Shown here piece by piece: positions 1 through 11,379 of a stretch of DNA of 64,000 bases; within the stretch, counting starts at the first letter, position 1, and each line of letters begins with the position of its first letter. The stretch covers positions 32,001 to 96,000 of IMG/VR virus record IMGVR_UViG_3300031841_005609. One strand, written 5' to 3'. The notes beneath the pieces are model-generated. The model worked only from the letters and a program-made list of their open reading frames with translations. It had not been told where the DNA came from and searched no databases. The translations under genes were made by a program, and so were the position numbers. The stretch is from a virus.

Positions 1-18
1 TCTAGAAAATACTATCAC

Positions 19-801
19 ATGATAGTAAAGGAAAGGCCTTTAAGAACTGTAGATATTCGTGTCTATATTGACTACGATAGATCCACAAGACCTCAGACCT
101 TGAAGAACCTGCAGACGACAGGTGGCAACATCGACGACAGGTTTGTCGCTGCTGCGCTTTCTCGATCCTCCTCCAGATACGAAGGTGGCGACGGCTATGT
201 CGAAGACGGAACACTTTATGTTGGACACTCAGACAACGCAATAGACTCAGACCATCGAAGAGCGCAGTTTACTTCAACTACCGACTCTGACGCCATATAT
301 CAATCTTTTATCTTCAATCCAGGCTACAATATTAGGTTTACTGGAAGAGCTTGGGGTCAGGTTTACAATCGGGATATAGGAACTTCTACCGCGTTGACGA
401 TGCAGGGCTCCAATGTATCTTTTGAGTTCTTTAAGCTCACCGCATCCTCCACCAACACTGGCGCGAACCGGCCGATGGATTACATAGGGTCGCTTATTTT
501 TGGGAATTCCGCCACAGACGGAAACGGAGCGTCTAGTGACCCGAGAACTGTAAAGGCCATCAGCGCTGACAATTTCCTTCCTATTATCGGGGTAAGAAGA
601 CTCAACAACTCCGACGAGGTAGTCACTTCTCGGACATACCTCGATACTGATATAATGAAGGTATCCTCAAGCCAAGCTGTTGCTGCAATTTTAAACATCG
701 GAAGAAGTGACAACACCAGAGTAGTTCCTGACCAGGGCTCAACAGTATTCGAATTTACCCTTGAGTATATGATTTTGGATGATGACCCCTATATTGCATA
801 A
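19..801 (+). CDS. hypothetical protein, probably virion-associated
   Basis: 260-aa ORF, S/T/G/D-rich, upstream of the structural block; no recognisable motif. Confidence 0.6.
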   Translation: MIVKERPLRTVDIRVYIDYDRSTRPQTLKNLQTTGGNIDDRFVAAALSRSSSRYEGGDGYVEDGTLYVGHSDNAIDSDHRRAQFTSTTDSDAIYQSFIFNPGYNIRFTGRAWGQVYNRDIGTSTALTMQGSNVSFEFFKLTASSTNTGANRPMDYIGSLIFGNSATDGNGASSDPRTVKAISADNFLPIIGVRRLNNSDEVVTSRTYLDTDIMKVSSSQAVAAILNIGRSDNTRVVPDQGSTVFEFTLEYMILDDDPYIA

Positions 802-846
802 AGTTACACTAATCAATATGTTATCTTATAGAAGATTGAACGAGAG

Positions 847-853
847 ATAATTA
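847..853 (+). promoter_or_regulatory. putative late promoter core ATANTTA (ATAATTA)
   Basis: Recurrent motif before structural genes; here 6 nt before ATG 860 with no SD. Confidence 0.5.
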
Positions 854-859
854 AAGAAC

Positions 860-1894
860 ATGGCAGGAATACTAGACAGCAAAGAAAGAGTTATAGACTT
901 CATCATCACTCCGAACGGAAGGTCTCAAATATCTTCTGGTCGGCTTAAGATCGAGTTTGCATCTCTTTCAGACACCCAAACTTTTTATAGGTCTGCGTCT
1001 CTCGATCGAGTCGCTGATGATGCTTCTGATCGAGTCTATTTTGAGACAAACTCTTCTCCTTCTGACACGATCTCACCTGAGCTCGAAGCCGGCACTTTTC
1101 TCAAAGGTTTTAGAGCAGGTGAATTTGAAGTACAGGGTCAGAAATTTGCTCTAAACTCCCTGAATGAAAACTCCGGGCAGGAGACTTCCACAATCCTGAG
1201 CGGATCTAAGATAATAGATAACTCAGTAAAACTAACTGAAAACATCATTAACAATTTCACTAGTCTAAGAATTCTAGGTACTGAAGATCTCTTTTCTGAC
1301 ACCTCTGAATTTGATATTGGATATGCTACAGGAAGTTTTGTTATCACCCAGAGAGATCTTGAGATCAATCAAGGAAAAGGCATCTATCTTAAGGACATGT
1401 CTCCTCGTGATTACAATACAGAGAGCCCAGCCAACGCTGAGCCCGACGGAGCTGTAACTCTAGAAAACTCTCCAAGTATATTCTCAGACCCTCGGTTTGA
1501 TCATCTGCCAAACTATAGATACTTACCTCCTGTAAACCTACCAGATCCAGGAAAAGACCCAGAGGTGATGGGTCTCTATCCTAGGCTTGACAACAACAAA
1601 GATCCTGGAAACTCTAATTCTATATTTCAAAACCTTGAAACAAGACAGAAAATAGAATTAGAGTTTAATGAAATATCTAGGTCTAGAAATCTAATGTGTC
1701 AAGTCTTTGAGTTCACTAAGTCTCATATGGGAGGTGTAGAAAAACTTTCTGCTGTTGACAATGGAATATACGAAGACCCCGACACCGGTGAGCTTTCTCA
1801 CATATTTTACATTGGGAAGCTCAAAAGAGATCAGAACGGTTCTGATACTTTTCTTAACATTTTTACCCTAAGGTTTTCGGGCCTTGGTGACTGA
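860..1894 (+). CDS. putative baseplate/virion protein, paralog of 11436
   Basis: N-terminus MAGILD..IDFIITPNGRSQIS..IEFASLSD..Y resembles MGFLD..IDAVLTDKGRQRLA..IQFFSLADDEVDY of the 11436 product. Confidence 0.55.
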   Translation: MAGILDSKERVIDFIITPNGRSQISSGRLKIEFASLSDTQTFYRSASLDRVADDASDRVYFETNSSPSDTISPELEAGTFLKGFRAGEFEVQGQKFALNSLNENSGQETSTILSGSKIIDNSVKLTENIINNFTSLRILGTEDLFSDTSEFDIGYATGSFVITQRDLEINQGKGIYLKDMSPRDYNTESPANAEPDGAVTLENSPSIFSDPRFDHLPNYRYLPPVNLPDPGKDPEVMGLYPRLDNNKDPGNSNSIFQNLETRQKIELEFNEISRSRNLMCQVFEFTKSHMGGVEKLSAVDNGIYEDPDTGELSHIFYIGKLKRDQNGSDTFLNIFTLRFSGLGD

Positions 1895-1904
1895 TTTGGT
1901 CTAA

Positions 1905-4715
1905 ATGGCGCAAGCAAATTTACAATATTCAATTCAAGCAGTTTTGGCCGAAGACGAAGACGGATCATTGGTTCAGCCCGATCTTTCTTTCGAAGATATT
2001 GGAATAGATAGAAACGTCTTAGGAACTGCAGGGATGCACGAAGATGAAAACGTCTGTGTAAGGTTGCGACTCGATCTGGAGGTTGACGTTGAAAAAATCG
2101 TGAGTACTCGGACTATAGGCTACCGAGTAGACTTTATTTCAAATCTTCCTGACAAGCAGGGCTCTTCTTTTTCCAATTACTTTATTGATGACTTTCATGA
2201 AAAAGTAACCATCGGAGAGAGAGACTTTGAGGCATTTCAGGAGCTAGTTCTAGAACCTAGAATAGAGATCATAACTGCACTAGATGACATTGGAGATCCC
2301 TCAGACAGTAACAACGGAATAGTAGATGATTCTGAGCTTAACGCTTTTTATGAAAATAATATGTTGTTAAACACAAGAGATTTGATATCTTCTCAGATAC
2401 AGTCGAGCTTAAACGTAGGTGTTGCTCCTACTTCCATGGACAAAATCTTTGCAGATCTAAGGCCTACCTACAGAATTCAAAAGAACGACAAATCAGGGAC
2501 TAACAGTTCGAACAGTCCAAAAATGCATACTGACGGAGCGATCAATAATCCGATCACTTTATCTGAGATTAGAGCTACTGAACCTGTTCCTGAGAGTGTA
2601 CAGGTTTTTAATTCTCAAGCAGCAGCATCGATATACGCTGCTGAGACTCAAAAGAGAAAGCAAGTAAGCTTAGGAAGAGTTGTCAAGTATACTAGTTCCA
2701 ATTTTACTTCTTCTAGATTTTTTGATATTGGGTTAGAAAACATTTCTTTCATGTCGAACTTCACTGTCAATATATTTCCAATCATAGATATCGAAACTGA
2801 AAGCGGTTCTCCTCCCGCGGCTGCGCCCTATACAATTTCAGCTAACATATCTGATGATGCTGTCAGTGAAATATTCAATTTTGATGGAACCAAGTCTCAG
2901 ATAAAAGTGACTAGAAATACTCCCGGAAAAGTATCTGTCGAGATCACAAGGTCTGATCATTTTTCTGGTTATTTTTCTGTTTCTCTGGAATCTACAAACC
3001 CCTATACTGGCATAACGGTTGATGATGAAAAGGAGGTCGCCTTTGCCATAGGAGAGTATTCAAAGGTTGTAGATTTTGAAAATGTTTTGAATATTGATCC
3101 TTTTTTTACGACAATATCTCTCCTTCCGAAGAAAATGCCCGACGGACCTTACGTAGACGGTCCTCCTTCCGTCACTATACCAGGCCTTCCGGTAAATCGT
3201 CAACAAGGCTTTAACAAGTCCGGGATCGTTGAGAATGTCAAGATAGGAACTTCAAACACGCCGTCCGGAATCAATGTAGAGCTTTTTGACCTACCCACTA
3301 ACTGCTCCGGAGTTCGAATTTACAGATCTCTTTCTACGCTTTTAAATGAAAGAGATCTTGTCTTCGAAGGGTCTATCGATCGAGAATTTTCACTGATAGA
3401 TGAGAATGTCAGTGAAGGAAGAACTTATGTCTATCAAGCTGAATTAATTCTTAGAACTCCTACAGTTGATCTTGGTTCTTCTATTGATTACAGATGGGGC
3501 ACTCCTTCGAACGAAGTCCTCCAGGAGTCTGCTAAATCTAGAATAGTTTATTATCACAAAGCAGAAAACGAGTCGATAATAACGAGGAAGTACCCACGAA
3601 GCGCGCAGTTCTCTGTAGAAATGTCAAATCCTGACCTAAATAGTGTGTCTAACAGGGTGGAAATTTTAGTCCAAGTCAAAGAAGACGAAAGTGCTTTTAG
3701 TAACAAGGCAGTTCAGGCCTTGGCAGCAGGATATCAGAAAATAAGAGATTTGACAAACGATCCTGTTTTTAGTCAAAGCAATCTGCACAGTCAGCCTGTT
3801 CCTTTTGTTAAAGTTACACGACTCGATCTGAACAAAGGCGGAGAGCCGATAGTCATAGGCTATGGAATGTTTGCAGAGAAGTCTAGAATAATTGACAATT
3901 CTGTGTCTTCTATAAAGGAGAAAACGCGTCTAAGGTATTTTGCAGAGCTCTCCCTGGTTTCACTTGGTTCTCTTAGAGATGCTGCCCTAGAACTAAATTC
4001 TATTAACTCTCCAGGAGACAGAAAAATATCCATAAAACAAAAGAAATATGACGTATTTAGTCCTGACGGTACCATCGAGACAGTAGCATTTAACAGAACA
4101 GAAAACAATCTCATAGACCTGATCAACAGGAACATGACAGGAAATGAGACTAACACTAATTTAAATTATGCCCCGCCAGCGCCTGTAAATGCAGGCTCTG
4201 GGAATGCTTTTTTCTCCCCGCGTTTTTCTGCCAAGCTAAAATATATTTCGAAAAAATGGGGAGCAGACATTCAAGTAGACATAACAGGCCCAAAGTCAGT
4301 TTCTGAGTTCATGCTTTACAGGAAATCATCATCAGGTAGAAAAGTTCTAATAGCTGTCCAAAAGGTTTCGAAAAATTCCGGAAAATACGTAATCAAGGAT
4401 GAGTTTTTAAAGCTTTTTATAAATCAAAAACCGTCTCAATATTTCCTAGATGTTGTCTTGCTCGACGGAACGCTTCTTAAAAATGTTGCAGCTACTCCGT
4501 CAGAATACGTCAGAAAAAAAGGAAGTAAGAAGATTTCAAGGAAAAGAACAAAGATAAGAATACTATCGTCGGGTAAGAACACCACAGCCAAAATAAGAAA
4601 AATAAAAAAGAAAGTCAAGAGCGTCAAGAAGGGCGTCCCTATAGGAAAACCTAGGAAGAAAATAAGCAAGAACAAATCAAGCTTCCGTAAAATTAGAAAA
4701 GTTATATTGAGGTAA
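1905..4715 (+). CDS. large virion protein with Fn3/Ig-like repeats and a Lys/Arg-rich C-terminal tail
   Basis: Fn3-like segment (GVRIYRS...LIDENVSEGRTYVYQAE); last ~65 aa highly basic. Confidence 0.55.
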   Translation: MAQANLQYSIQAVLAEDEDGSLVQPDLSFEDIGIDRNVLGTAGMHEDENVCVRLRLDLEVDVEKIVSTRTIGYRVDFISNLPDKQGSSFSNYFIDDFHEKVTIGERDFEAFQELVLEPRIEIITALDDIGDPSDSNNGIVDDSELNAFYENNMLLNTRDLISSQIQSSLNVGVAPTSMDKIFADLRPTYRIQKNDKSGTNSSNSPKMHTDGAINNPITLSEIRATEPVPESVQVFNSQAAASIYAAETQKRKQVSLGRVVKYTSSNFTSSRFFDIGLENISFMSNFTVNIFPIIDIETESGSPPAAAPYTISANISDDAVSEIFNFDGTKSQIKVTRNTPGKVSVEITRSDHFSGYFSVSLESTNPYTGITVDDEKEVAFAIGEYSKVVDFENVLNIDPFFTTISLLPKKMPDGPYVDGPPSVTIPGLPVNRQQGFNKSGIVENVKIGTSNTPSGINVELFDLPTNCSGVRIYRSLSTLLNERDLVFEGSIDREFSLIDENVSEGRTYVYQAELILRTPTVDLGSSIDYRWGTPSNEVLQESAKSRIVYYHKAENESIITRKYPRSAQFSVEMSNPDLNSVSNRVEILVQVKEDESAFSNKAVQALAAGYQKIRDLTNDPVFSQSNLHSQPVPFVKVTRLDLNKGGEPIVIGYGMFAEKSRIIDNSVSSIKEKTRLRYFAELSLVSLGSLRDAALELNSINSPGDRKISIKQKKYDVFSPDGTIETVAFNRTENNLIDLINRNMTGNETNTNLNYAPPAPVNAGSGNAFFSPRFSAKLKYISKKWGADIQVDITGPKSVSEFMLYRKSSSGRKVLIAVQKVSKNSGKYVIKDEFLKLFINQKPSQYFLDVVLLDGTLLKNVAATPSEYVRKKGSKKISRKRTKIRILSSGKNTTAKIRKIKKKVKSVKKGVPIGKPRKKISKNKSSFRKIRKVILR

Positions 4716-4722
4716 TCAAGAC

Positions 4723-7700
4723 ATGAGCCTAAACAACAAAGATACAAAAGACACGGGCCAAAAAATACTAAGATCTACGCTTTCTCAGGTCTATAAAGCT
4801 GCACTTGACAAAAACTTCATAGTGGAGGGAAAAGCTCTTGATGACACAGATATAGAAGAGCCAAGCATTATCATAAGAGATCTTTCAGACCAGGCTCAAA
4901 AAGGTTTTGATAATAACCATTTGCCGGGAGATATGGTCGATATCAGTTCAACTATTCTCGCAGGAGACAGAATTCTTTCTCATGTTTTTTCCCTAGACTT
5001 AGATTTAAACACTCTTTCTTTTCTGAGAGAGACAATGAAAAGCCTCCGAATTGAAAAAGAAATAGAGAATCAGCTTGGTCTCGAGATCCTTAGAAAGTTC
5101 TATCAGTCAGATCCTGCTTTTTTAACAGGGTTGATAGCACAATTTCAAAACAATTTTGAAGAAAACTTTTCTAAGGTAAAGTTTCTAGGCATCGAGACTT
5201 CTTTTTTCACTAGAATGAATTTATCGACAAACAAATCTTCCGTTTATTACGGCTCTAGAGTTCCTGGAACCGTAAGTTATGATTTCCTGGAGGCAGGAAT
5301 AGATGATATTCATAGATCTGTCTATTCTTCTAATTTTGGTCCATACACCTTGCTTTTTGCCTCGAATCTCAACAGTAAGGACAAATTTAATTTCAAAGAC
5401 CAATACAAAGAAGAATTACAGCACATTTTAAACGACATGTCTGGAAAAAGTCCTTCTCAAAGATTCTTTCCTGCCGGAGACTCTCCAGTCTCTTTTCCAC
5501 CGCCTCACTCTAAGTCTACTTTGACCTCGATCATGTATCAGCATCTCCACGATGCTTCTTTTTCCTTGAATCACGGCGTTTCTCCCTATTCGTGGAATAG
5601 TCTCGGTTATGAAATCCAGGAGATAAGCTCAGGAGACAGCCACAATAATCACGAAAACCTCGAGGGAGATCTTCCTCCCTTGCTTAGAGATTTAGGATAT
5701 AACAAAGACTTAGTTGAGATGAGAAACTCTTCCTACCCTAGCAGGGAAGAACTTCAAGTACTCTCCGTCGCAACCGCTACCAATCAAGAGCCTCCCAACT
5801 CAATAGAAAGCGTTTTTGAAAAAACAGGAATTGATGCCACCAAAGAAGACTTTGTGATCGATATCAACAACAACGTATCAGTTCCACATATAGGGTCAAA
5901 CAGCGGCCCAAGTCTAGACATATCATCACCGTCAGCTCCTGGTTCAAGGGTTATGGAATGGCTCAATGAAGGAGAACCCTTCGGGGGAGAGAATTCTATA
6001 GCTAGACTGGGAAGAATATCTTCGGTGATAGCTTCAGAAATTCAAATGTCTGCTGGGATAAGCTCTCTCCCAGAGCACATGTATGATCCAAAAGAAGGAA
6101 ACACAGAGCCGCTAGGGGACAAGATTTTTGGAGAGTTTAAAGAGAGAATGAATCTCTTGAACGAGGTCTCCACGAAAGCACCTGGGATCTTGTTTCCAAT
6201 TGTCCCTGAAAAGGGTCATGTTTACTTTTACGAAAGAGCTATAAGATTTAAAGATTTTCAAGGATCTCAAAACGGAAAAGATCTAACCACAGAATACATC
6301 ACGCCGTATGTCGCAGCAACAAGAAGATTCGATAGGAGTGATATCGTAAGCGATTTAGACGAAGTCGTCCAGAGTCAGGATGAACGAGCAAAAAGACTTT
6401 GGGACAACATCTCTGGACTCAATCAGTACAGTTCAAATGAAGATCTCCTGTCAGACGAACAGCTAGACCATGCAAGTTCTGCTTATCTTCATGTTTCTTC
6501 CCGAAACTCTTTGGTAGGGTCTCGATCTCCTGAGCATGTCAGCAGTATAGTTCTAGAGATTTTTCAGAGTCTTCATAGTTTTATTTACAATAGAAGGCAA
6601 CTATCTGTTGGAGAAAATTTTAAAAAGTCAAATCTTCCAAAAAGAATTCTTTCCCAGATGCATGGATTGATGCTCACGTCGAAAGGTTCCAATAACCAAC
6701 TTACGTTTTCTAATAAGAAAAAGCTGAGAAACTGTATAATAGCTGCCGTAGTAAATAGAGACATGGTTCGAGCTATGGACAACATTCCCGTAGGCATGGA
6801 GATCGACACCTACATGAACGAAGTTCTAGGAGAGTATTCAACGAAAAGGAGGATAGGCTACACTAAGGCGATGATTCGACGACACACAACGCAGATCAAT
6901 CTTCTCTCCTCTACGCCGGATGTTCATCTAGACGCGAAGATTGCAAGGTCTGACAACTTAAGATATAACGTAGCTCGATATGTAGCCTGGTCCCTAAATC
7001 AGGGAATACACACTTTTACTAATTTCCACAAGATAAACAAAGTCACGTTCGCTTATGGAGGCGATCCTGCTCTGCCACACTTACGCAGAAACCAGCCAGA
7101 GTCAGCTAAGACTTATAACAGAGTCGGAGACTTTGTCGCTTACATCGCCGGCGACATCTTGGATAACTCAACTACACTAAATGCCGAAGCCGACACATTC
7201 GCTCAAGTAGATCCGACCGCTATAACCACCAAGTACGATCTCTACGACATGATCATAAGAGCAGTTGACAGAATTGACGAATCTATCGGGCGGACAATTG
7301 ATTCGAGCAAGTCTCAAAACTTAGTCGACAGCGAAGTTTCCGAACAATCGGACCTTTTTGCACCCAACTATTTTCATTCAGATGCAGGAATAACAAGAGC
7401 TTCCGGTTTTGATAGAAGTTTACTCATAGCTCTGGTAGTAGATGCAGTCGCAGAATTGTTAGGAGCTTCATTTAAATCCAATCTCTTTGTTAAGTTTGAA
7501 AATTCTGCATGGCAGTTTCGAGGCTTTTACGATGAAGGAAATATAAACCCAAACAATGGAAAATATGCTTACGAAAAGCCTTGCGCGATAGAGATATTTC
7601 CTAAAGGTTTGGATCTACATCCCTTTAGGAATCGAAAGGCAAAGATCGGAGAAGTTCAAGATAAGATCAAGTGGCCGTATGACCCAGCAGTAGCTTCGGA

Positions 7701-9507
7701 CTATTCATGGAGATTCAGGGATGTAATGAACACTGAGAAAACATGTGCTTCCCTCGCCTCTCTCGGAATGATTCTATCACCCACATTCGTTCACAAATAC
7801 ATGAAAAACGGACGAATAGAAAAGCTTTCAGATGTCCATGACCTCTGGAAAGCTTGTGTTGTTGAAATGATGATAGAGGGCCCGCTAGAGTTCAGTAGAA
7901 CATCGCTTAAGAGTCCTACTGGTTCGGGATTTGGGTATAAGGTGTACACTAAATATAAAAAAATCTTCGGAGAATCAACTGTAGGTAGTTATAATCTTCT
8001 AGGTTCTCAAGACATAAATAACTTTTCAGCGAAAGTCATTGCGGAGCTAGCACCTTACATCAACAGTCATAAGGGAAGCCTTAAGTCTGTGACTGAATTT
8101 ATCAATCTCCACGCCTCTTATATGGATCCCTTGAGAAGCTTCGTAGAGGTTTTTAAGGATAGCAGCTCATTTTTATCTGAAAGCTATCCTGACCATCTAG
8201 CATGTTCTTATTCTTCTCCCGGACAGTTTCTAAAGAGCCTTATGAGGCTCGATAAGATGAGAACTGCAGTCTCTGCTGCACCCGACGAAGATGATAACTT
8301 CTTTTTTAGAGAAAGAATCGATCCTAAAATGTGGATGTTAGTTGAAAAATTTATAGACTATGCTGAGGAGAACATTCCGGAATTCGATCAGAAAAAAATA
8401 GTTTTTTACGGAACAACTCCTGGATCTTTTTACGAAGCTTTATCAAACTTTACTGACGAATCTCCGGAGTTCGGAAACTGGCCTGCTGAGTCTAATTACG
8501 TTCCAATAAAGACAATCTTTAACGTTAAGAAAACAAACCCGCTTGACGAGAACATTGATTTTTCGAACCCAGAAGAAGACATACCAGATGTTGATTTGAA
8601 TATAATACTAGATGAAACAGCTGTCTTGAGCAGCGTCAGTGCAGATTCATCCTGGGAAGAGATAGCCAATTCTGTTATATTCATATCTCCGACGCAGGCC
8701 TTGTCTTACGACAAGATACCTAGCGTGAAAAAAAATTCTCCTAGTTCCATTTTGTCTCACTTTAGAGAAACAATAGGCTTTTCAGTCAACAGTATTCTAG
8801 AAAGTCAAAACATCTCAGATGACGAAGAAGAAAAGTTGAAGCAAATGGCAAGAAGAAAACTAGGAGACTTTTGTTATAAATTTTTAATAAATTCCATTTA
8901 TTCTCTAGAGCTCAGAGACGAAAAAATAATCAGAGAAAACGTCAAGGGCTTAATAAAGAATCCCTCTGTTGGGGGTGAAGATTTTGTCGCAAAGTTTAGA
9001 AATTCTCTTAGCTCGATAGATGTCGATCTCAAAGATATTTTTGAAAAACTTACTTCTAGTAAAGCTAAACATATTACAGAGCCCAAAGGGTTTGATGGAA
9101 ACAGTATAACTCAGTCCAGCGGACTCAGAAGAGCTAGAATGCCCATGGGAACCGAACTAAAGAGAAGTCTCAAACCTTCAGCCAAGATCTCTGCTAACGG
9201 AACTCCTTATATAGCTCCCCCAGATCTCAATGATCAAGAAATCTACGTAGGAGACATTCTTTTCTCTTCTTTGTTCATGTATGATCACAGGCTTTTGTTT
9301 GGAACTCCTTTGTTTGAAGATATCGTAAGCGTTGAATTTGACAATGAGAACACAAAATGCATTCCGAGGTTCGACGGAAGATATCTAGCTAATCCTGATA
9401 ACGGAACTCCTCACCCTGGGCTTGAAGACTTGGCAAATTCTCGAACAGTTAAGGTAATACGACCCGAGGTCTTCATCTCTCTTCAATCACTCTCGTCAGT
9501 TATTTAA
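4723..9507 (+). CDS. large hypothetical protein (1594 aa), probably virion/baseplate
   Basis: Long uninterrupted ORF within the structural block; no motif recognised. Confidence 0.6.
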   Translation: MSLNNKDTKDTGQKILRSTLSQVYKAALDKNFIVEGKALDDTDIEEPSIIIRDLSDQAQKGFDNNHLPGDMVDISSTILAGDRILSHVFSLDLDLNTLSFLRETMKSLRIEKEIENQLGLEILRKFYQSDPAFLTGLIAQFQNNFEENFSKVKFLGIETSFFTRMNLSTNKSSVYYGSRVPGTVSYDFLEAGIDDIHRSVYSSNFGPYTLLFASNLNSKDKFNFKDQYKEELQHILNDMSGKSPSQRFFPAGDSPVSFPPPHSKSTLTSIMYQHLHDASFSLNHGVSPYSWNSLGYEIQEISSGDSHNNHENLEGDLPPLLRDLGYNKDLVEMRNSSYPSREELQVLSVATATNQEPPNSIESVFEKTGIDATKEDFVIDINNNVSVPHIGSNSGPSLDISSPSAPGSRVMEWLNEGEPFGGENSIARLGRISSVIASEIQMSAGISSLPEHMYDPKEGNTEPLGDKIFGEFKERMNLLNEVSTKAPGILFPIVPEKGHVYFYERAIRFKDFQGSQNGKDLTTEYITPYVAATRRFDRSDIVSDLDEVVQSQDERAKRLWDNISGLNQYSSNEDLLSDEQLDHASSAYLHVSSRNSLVGSRSPEHVSSIVLEIFQSLHSFIYNRRQLSVGENFKKSNLPKRILSQMHGLMLTSKGSNNQLTFSNKKKLRNCIIAAVVNRDMVRAMDNIPVGMEIDTYMNEVLGEYSTKRRIGYTKAMIRRHTTQINLLSSTPDVHLDAKIARSDNLRYNVARYVAWSLNQGIHTFTNFHKINKVTFAYGGDPALPHLRRNQPESAKTYNRVGDFVAYIAGDILDNSTTLNAEADTFAQVDPTAITTKYDLYDMIIRAVDRIDESIGRTIDSSKSQNLVDSEVSEQSDLFAPNYFHSDAGITRASGFDRSLLIALVVDAVAELLGASFKSNLFVKFENSAWQFRGFYDEGNINPNNGKYAYEKPCAIEIFPKGLDLHPFRNRKAKIGEVQDKIKWPYDPAVASDYSWRFRDVMNTEKTCASLASLGMILSPTFVHKYMKNGRIEKLSDVHDLWKACVVEMMIEGPLEFSRTSLKSPTGSGFGYKVYTKYKKIFGESTVGSYNLLGSQDINNFSAKVIAELAPYINSHKGSLKSVTEFINLHASYMDPLRSFVEVFKDSSSFLSESYPDHLACSYSSPGQFLKSLMRLDKMRTAVSAAPDEDDNFFFRERIDPKMWMLVEKFIDYAEENIPEFDQKKIVFYGTTPGSFYEALSNFTDESPEFGNWPAESNYVPIKTIFNVKKTNPLDENIDFSNPEEDIPDVDLNIILDETAVLSSVSADSSWEEIANSVIFISPTQALSYDKIPSVKKNSPSSILSHFRETIGFSVNSILESQNISDDEEEKLKQMARRKLGDFCYKFLINSIYSLELRDEKIIRENVKGLIKNPSVGGEDFVAKFRNSLSSIDVDLKDIFEKLTSSKAKHITEPKGFDGNSITQSSGLRRARMPMGTELKRSLKPSAKISANGTPYIAPPDLNDQEIYVGDILFSSLFMYDHRLLFGTPLFEDIVSVEFDNENTKCIPRFDGRYLANPDNGTPHPGLEDLANSRTVKVIRPEVFISLQSLSSVI

Positions 9508-9526
9508 TCAAACACAGGTATTTTTT

Positions 9527-11353
9527 ATGTCAGTAAAGAAAAATCCGAGGCCCTTCGTCATATATGATCTACCTAGACCTTCACCTGCAATCCTAGAACC
9601 TGTATATAGTTTTTTCACACCGGATGAAAGAGTAGAAGTAGAAGGAAATCAATTTCAAGGATTTGCTGGAGAAGCACAAGGTGAAGTTTATGTAAAGCCC
9701 AACGGCGAAATTATAAAAGAAGACAACACCAGAGATCGAACTCCTCGATTCATTAAGATACATCTCGAAGAGCCGAATTTTTCTGGAATAGGTTCTCTCT
9801 CCATTCCGGGACAGATCGCAAACTTAGAACCTTCAGACTTAAACTTTCCGGAGCTTTCAAATTCACCCTATGATATATCTCTTGTATTTAACGACTCTAC
9901 TAGTTACAAGAGAGTTAAGAATAAGCTTTCTACAGTCATGAGACTAAAAGGCTTTTCAGAGGGAGCCGAGAGCGAAGAATCTGTAGAAAGTTTCTTTAGT
10001 ACGTTTTCTGAATTGCCTTCAAATCTAAAGAGCAAGATAAAAGACAACATAGACTATGACCTAGCTGCAGGCGTATCAGTAAACTCACTGACCTATGACG
10101 ATGCCACGGAATTCTATAGAAATGTCCAGTCAGCTCTCTATAGAGGTAAAGTTGACATTAGATATATGCATCAAATGATAGGCTACGATCATCAGTCAAG
10201 CACTTTAAGGAACTCTGTTTATCAGGGGTGGATTGATGACTTTGACCCTTTTCCAGTCCCAAAGATCGATAGCCCTCTCTTAAGAGATGTCACCTTAGTA
10301 CCGGCAGGAGTTCCATCTCAAGAAGATTCAGTAAAGACAGACTATGATCTTTCTTTTGTCGGGTACATCATAGAGAGATATTCGGGATCATCAACTATTC
10401 TTGACAATGAGCCCGATGCAATTTATAAAATAGACACACCGTCTGCCGGAGTATTCATAGATACAGAAGTCTTATACGGTATACCTTACACATACACCCT
10501 AAGATACATTTTCAAGATCAGCTATGGAATACCTGACCAATTTTTGCCTGACAAGTCTACTAGGTATACTAATTTCTTAACAAGCGAATTAAGCGACCCT
10601 GCTTCGACAAGCATTATCGACAGAGAACCGCCAGATGAACCTGAAGCTGTCTTTTATAGATTTAATTTTATGAATAAAAAAGGTCTCTTCATAACCTGGC
10701 AATTGCCGACAACACCGCAAAGAGACGTTAAATATTTTCAAATCTTTCGAAGATCCAGCATGGATGAACCTTTTACATGTATCGGCGAGATAGATTTTGA
10801 TAACTCTTTCGTAAAGACTGCTCGAACAGAAAAAGTTAGAGAGGACAGAGTTATAAAGAAAAAAGGCTCGTTTTCTTTTTTTGAAGACCCGGACTTTAAG
10901 AATGACAGTTCTTTTATATACGCAGTCGCTGCAGTAGATGCTCATGGTTTTACGTCAGGTTATAGCGCACAAACTCGAGTTTCTTTTATAAAGCATTCAA
11001 ATTCTTTGTCTTTGACTCCCATTTCCATAGGCGGAGCTCCAAAGCAGTATCCTAATTTTTACATGGATCCGGATGAAGATCCGAACACTTTTGTCAACAC
11101 AATAACCCAGGATACCATAAAAACTAGCGGATTTAAAAAACTTACTATTTATTTCGATCCAGATGCACGATACATAAAGCAATCTGAGATTGAGGGAGTC
11201 AAGCACGTTTTTCCTTGTGAGAACGGAGGTTCTAACTTTTCTCCTAACTCTCCCGAAGGTGTCTTCAAAATGACTTTTCTAGATATAGATAGACAGAAGT
11301 CAAAAACTTTGGAGCTAGGAATCACAGAGGCACCAGAGGAAATCTTTAGTTAG
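9527..11353 (+). CDS. fibronectin type III-like domain virion protein
   Basis: Fn3 patterns GYIIERY..FIDTEVLYGIPYTYTLR and ITWQLP..KYFQIFRR..FEDPDF..YAVAAVDAHG. Confidence 0.6.
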   Translation: MSVKKNPRPFVIYDLPRPSPAILEPVYSFFTPDERVEVEGNQFQGFAGEAQGEVYVKPNGEIIKEDNTRDRTPRFIKIHLEEPNFSGIGSLSIPGQIANLEPSDLNFPELSNSPYDISLVFNDSTSYKRVKNKLSTVMRLKGFSEGAESEESVESFFSTFSELPSNLKSKIKDNIDYDLAAGVSVNSLTYDDATEFYRNVQSALYRGKVDIRYMHQMIGYDHQSSTLRNSVYQGWIDDFDPFPVPKIDSPLLRDVTLVPAGVPSQEDSVKTDYDLSFVGYIIERYSGSSTILDNEPDAIYKIDTPSAGVFIDTEVLYGIPYTYTLRYIFKISYGIPDQFLPDKSTRYTNFLTSELSDPASTSIIDREPPDEPEAVFYRFNFMNKKGLFITWQLPTTPQRDVKYFQIFRRSSMDEPFTCIGEIDFDNSFVKTARTEKVREDRVIKKKGSFSFFEDPDFKNDSSFIYAVAAVDAHGFTSGYSAQTRVSFIKHSNSLSLTPISIGGAPKQYPNFYMDPDEDPNTFVNTITQDTIKTSGFKKLTIYFDPDARYIKQSEIEGVKHVFPCENGGSNFSPNSPEGVFKMTFLDIDRQKSKTLELGITEAPEEIFS

Positions 11354-11379
11354 TAGTTTACCGATACTAGAGAAGCAAT

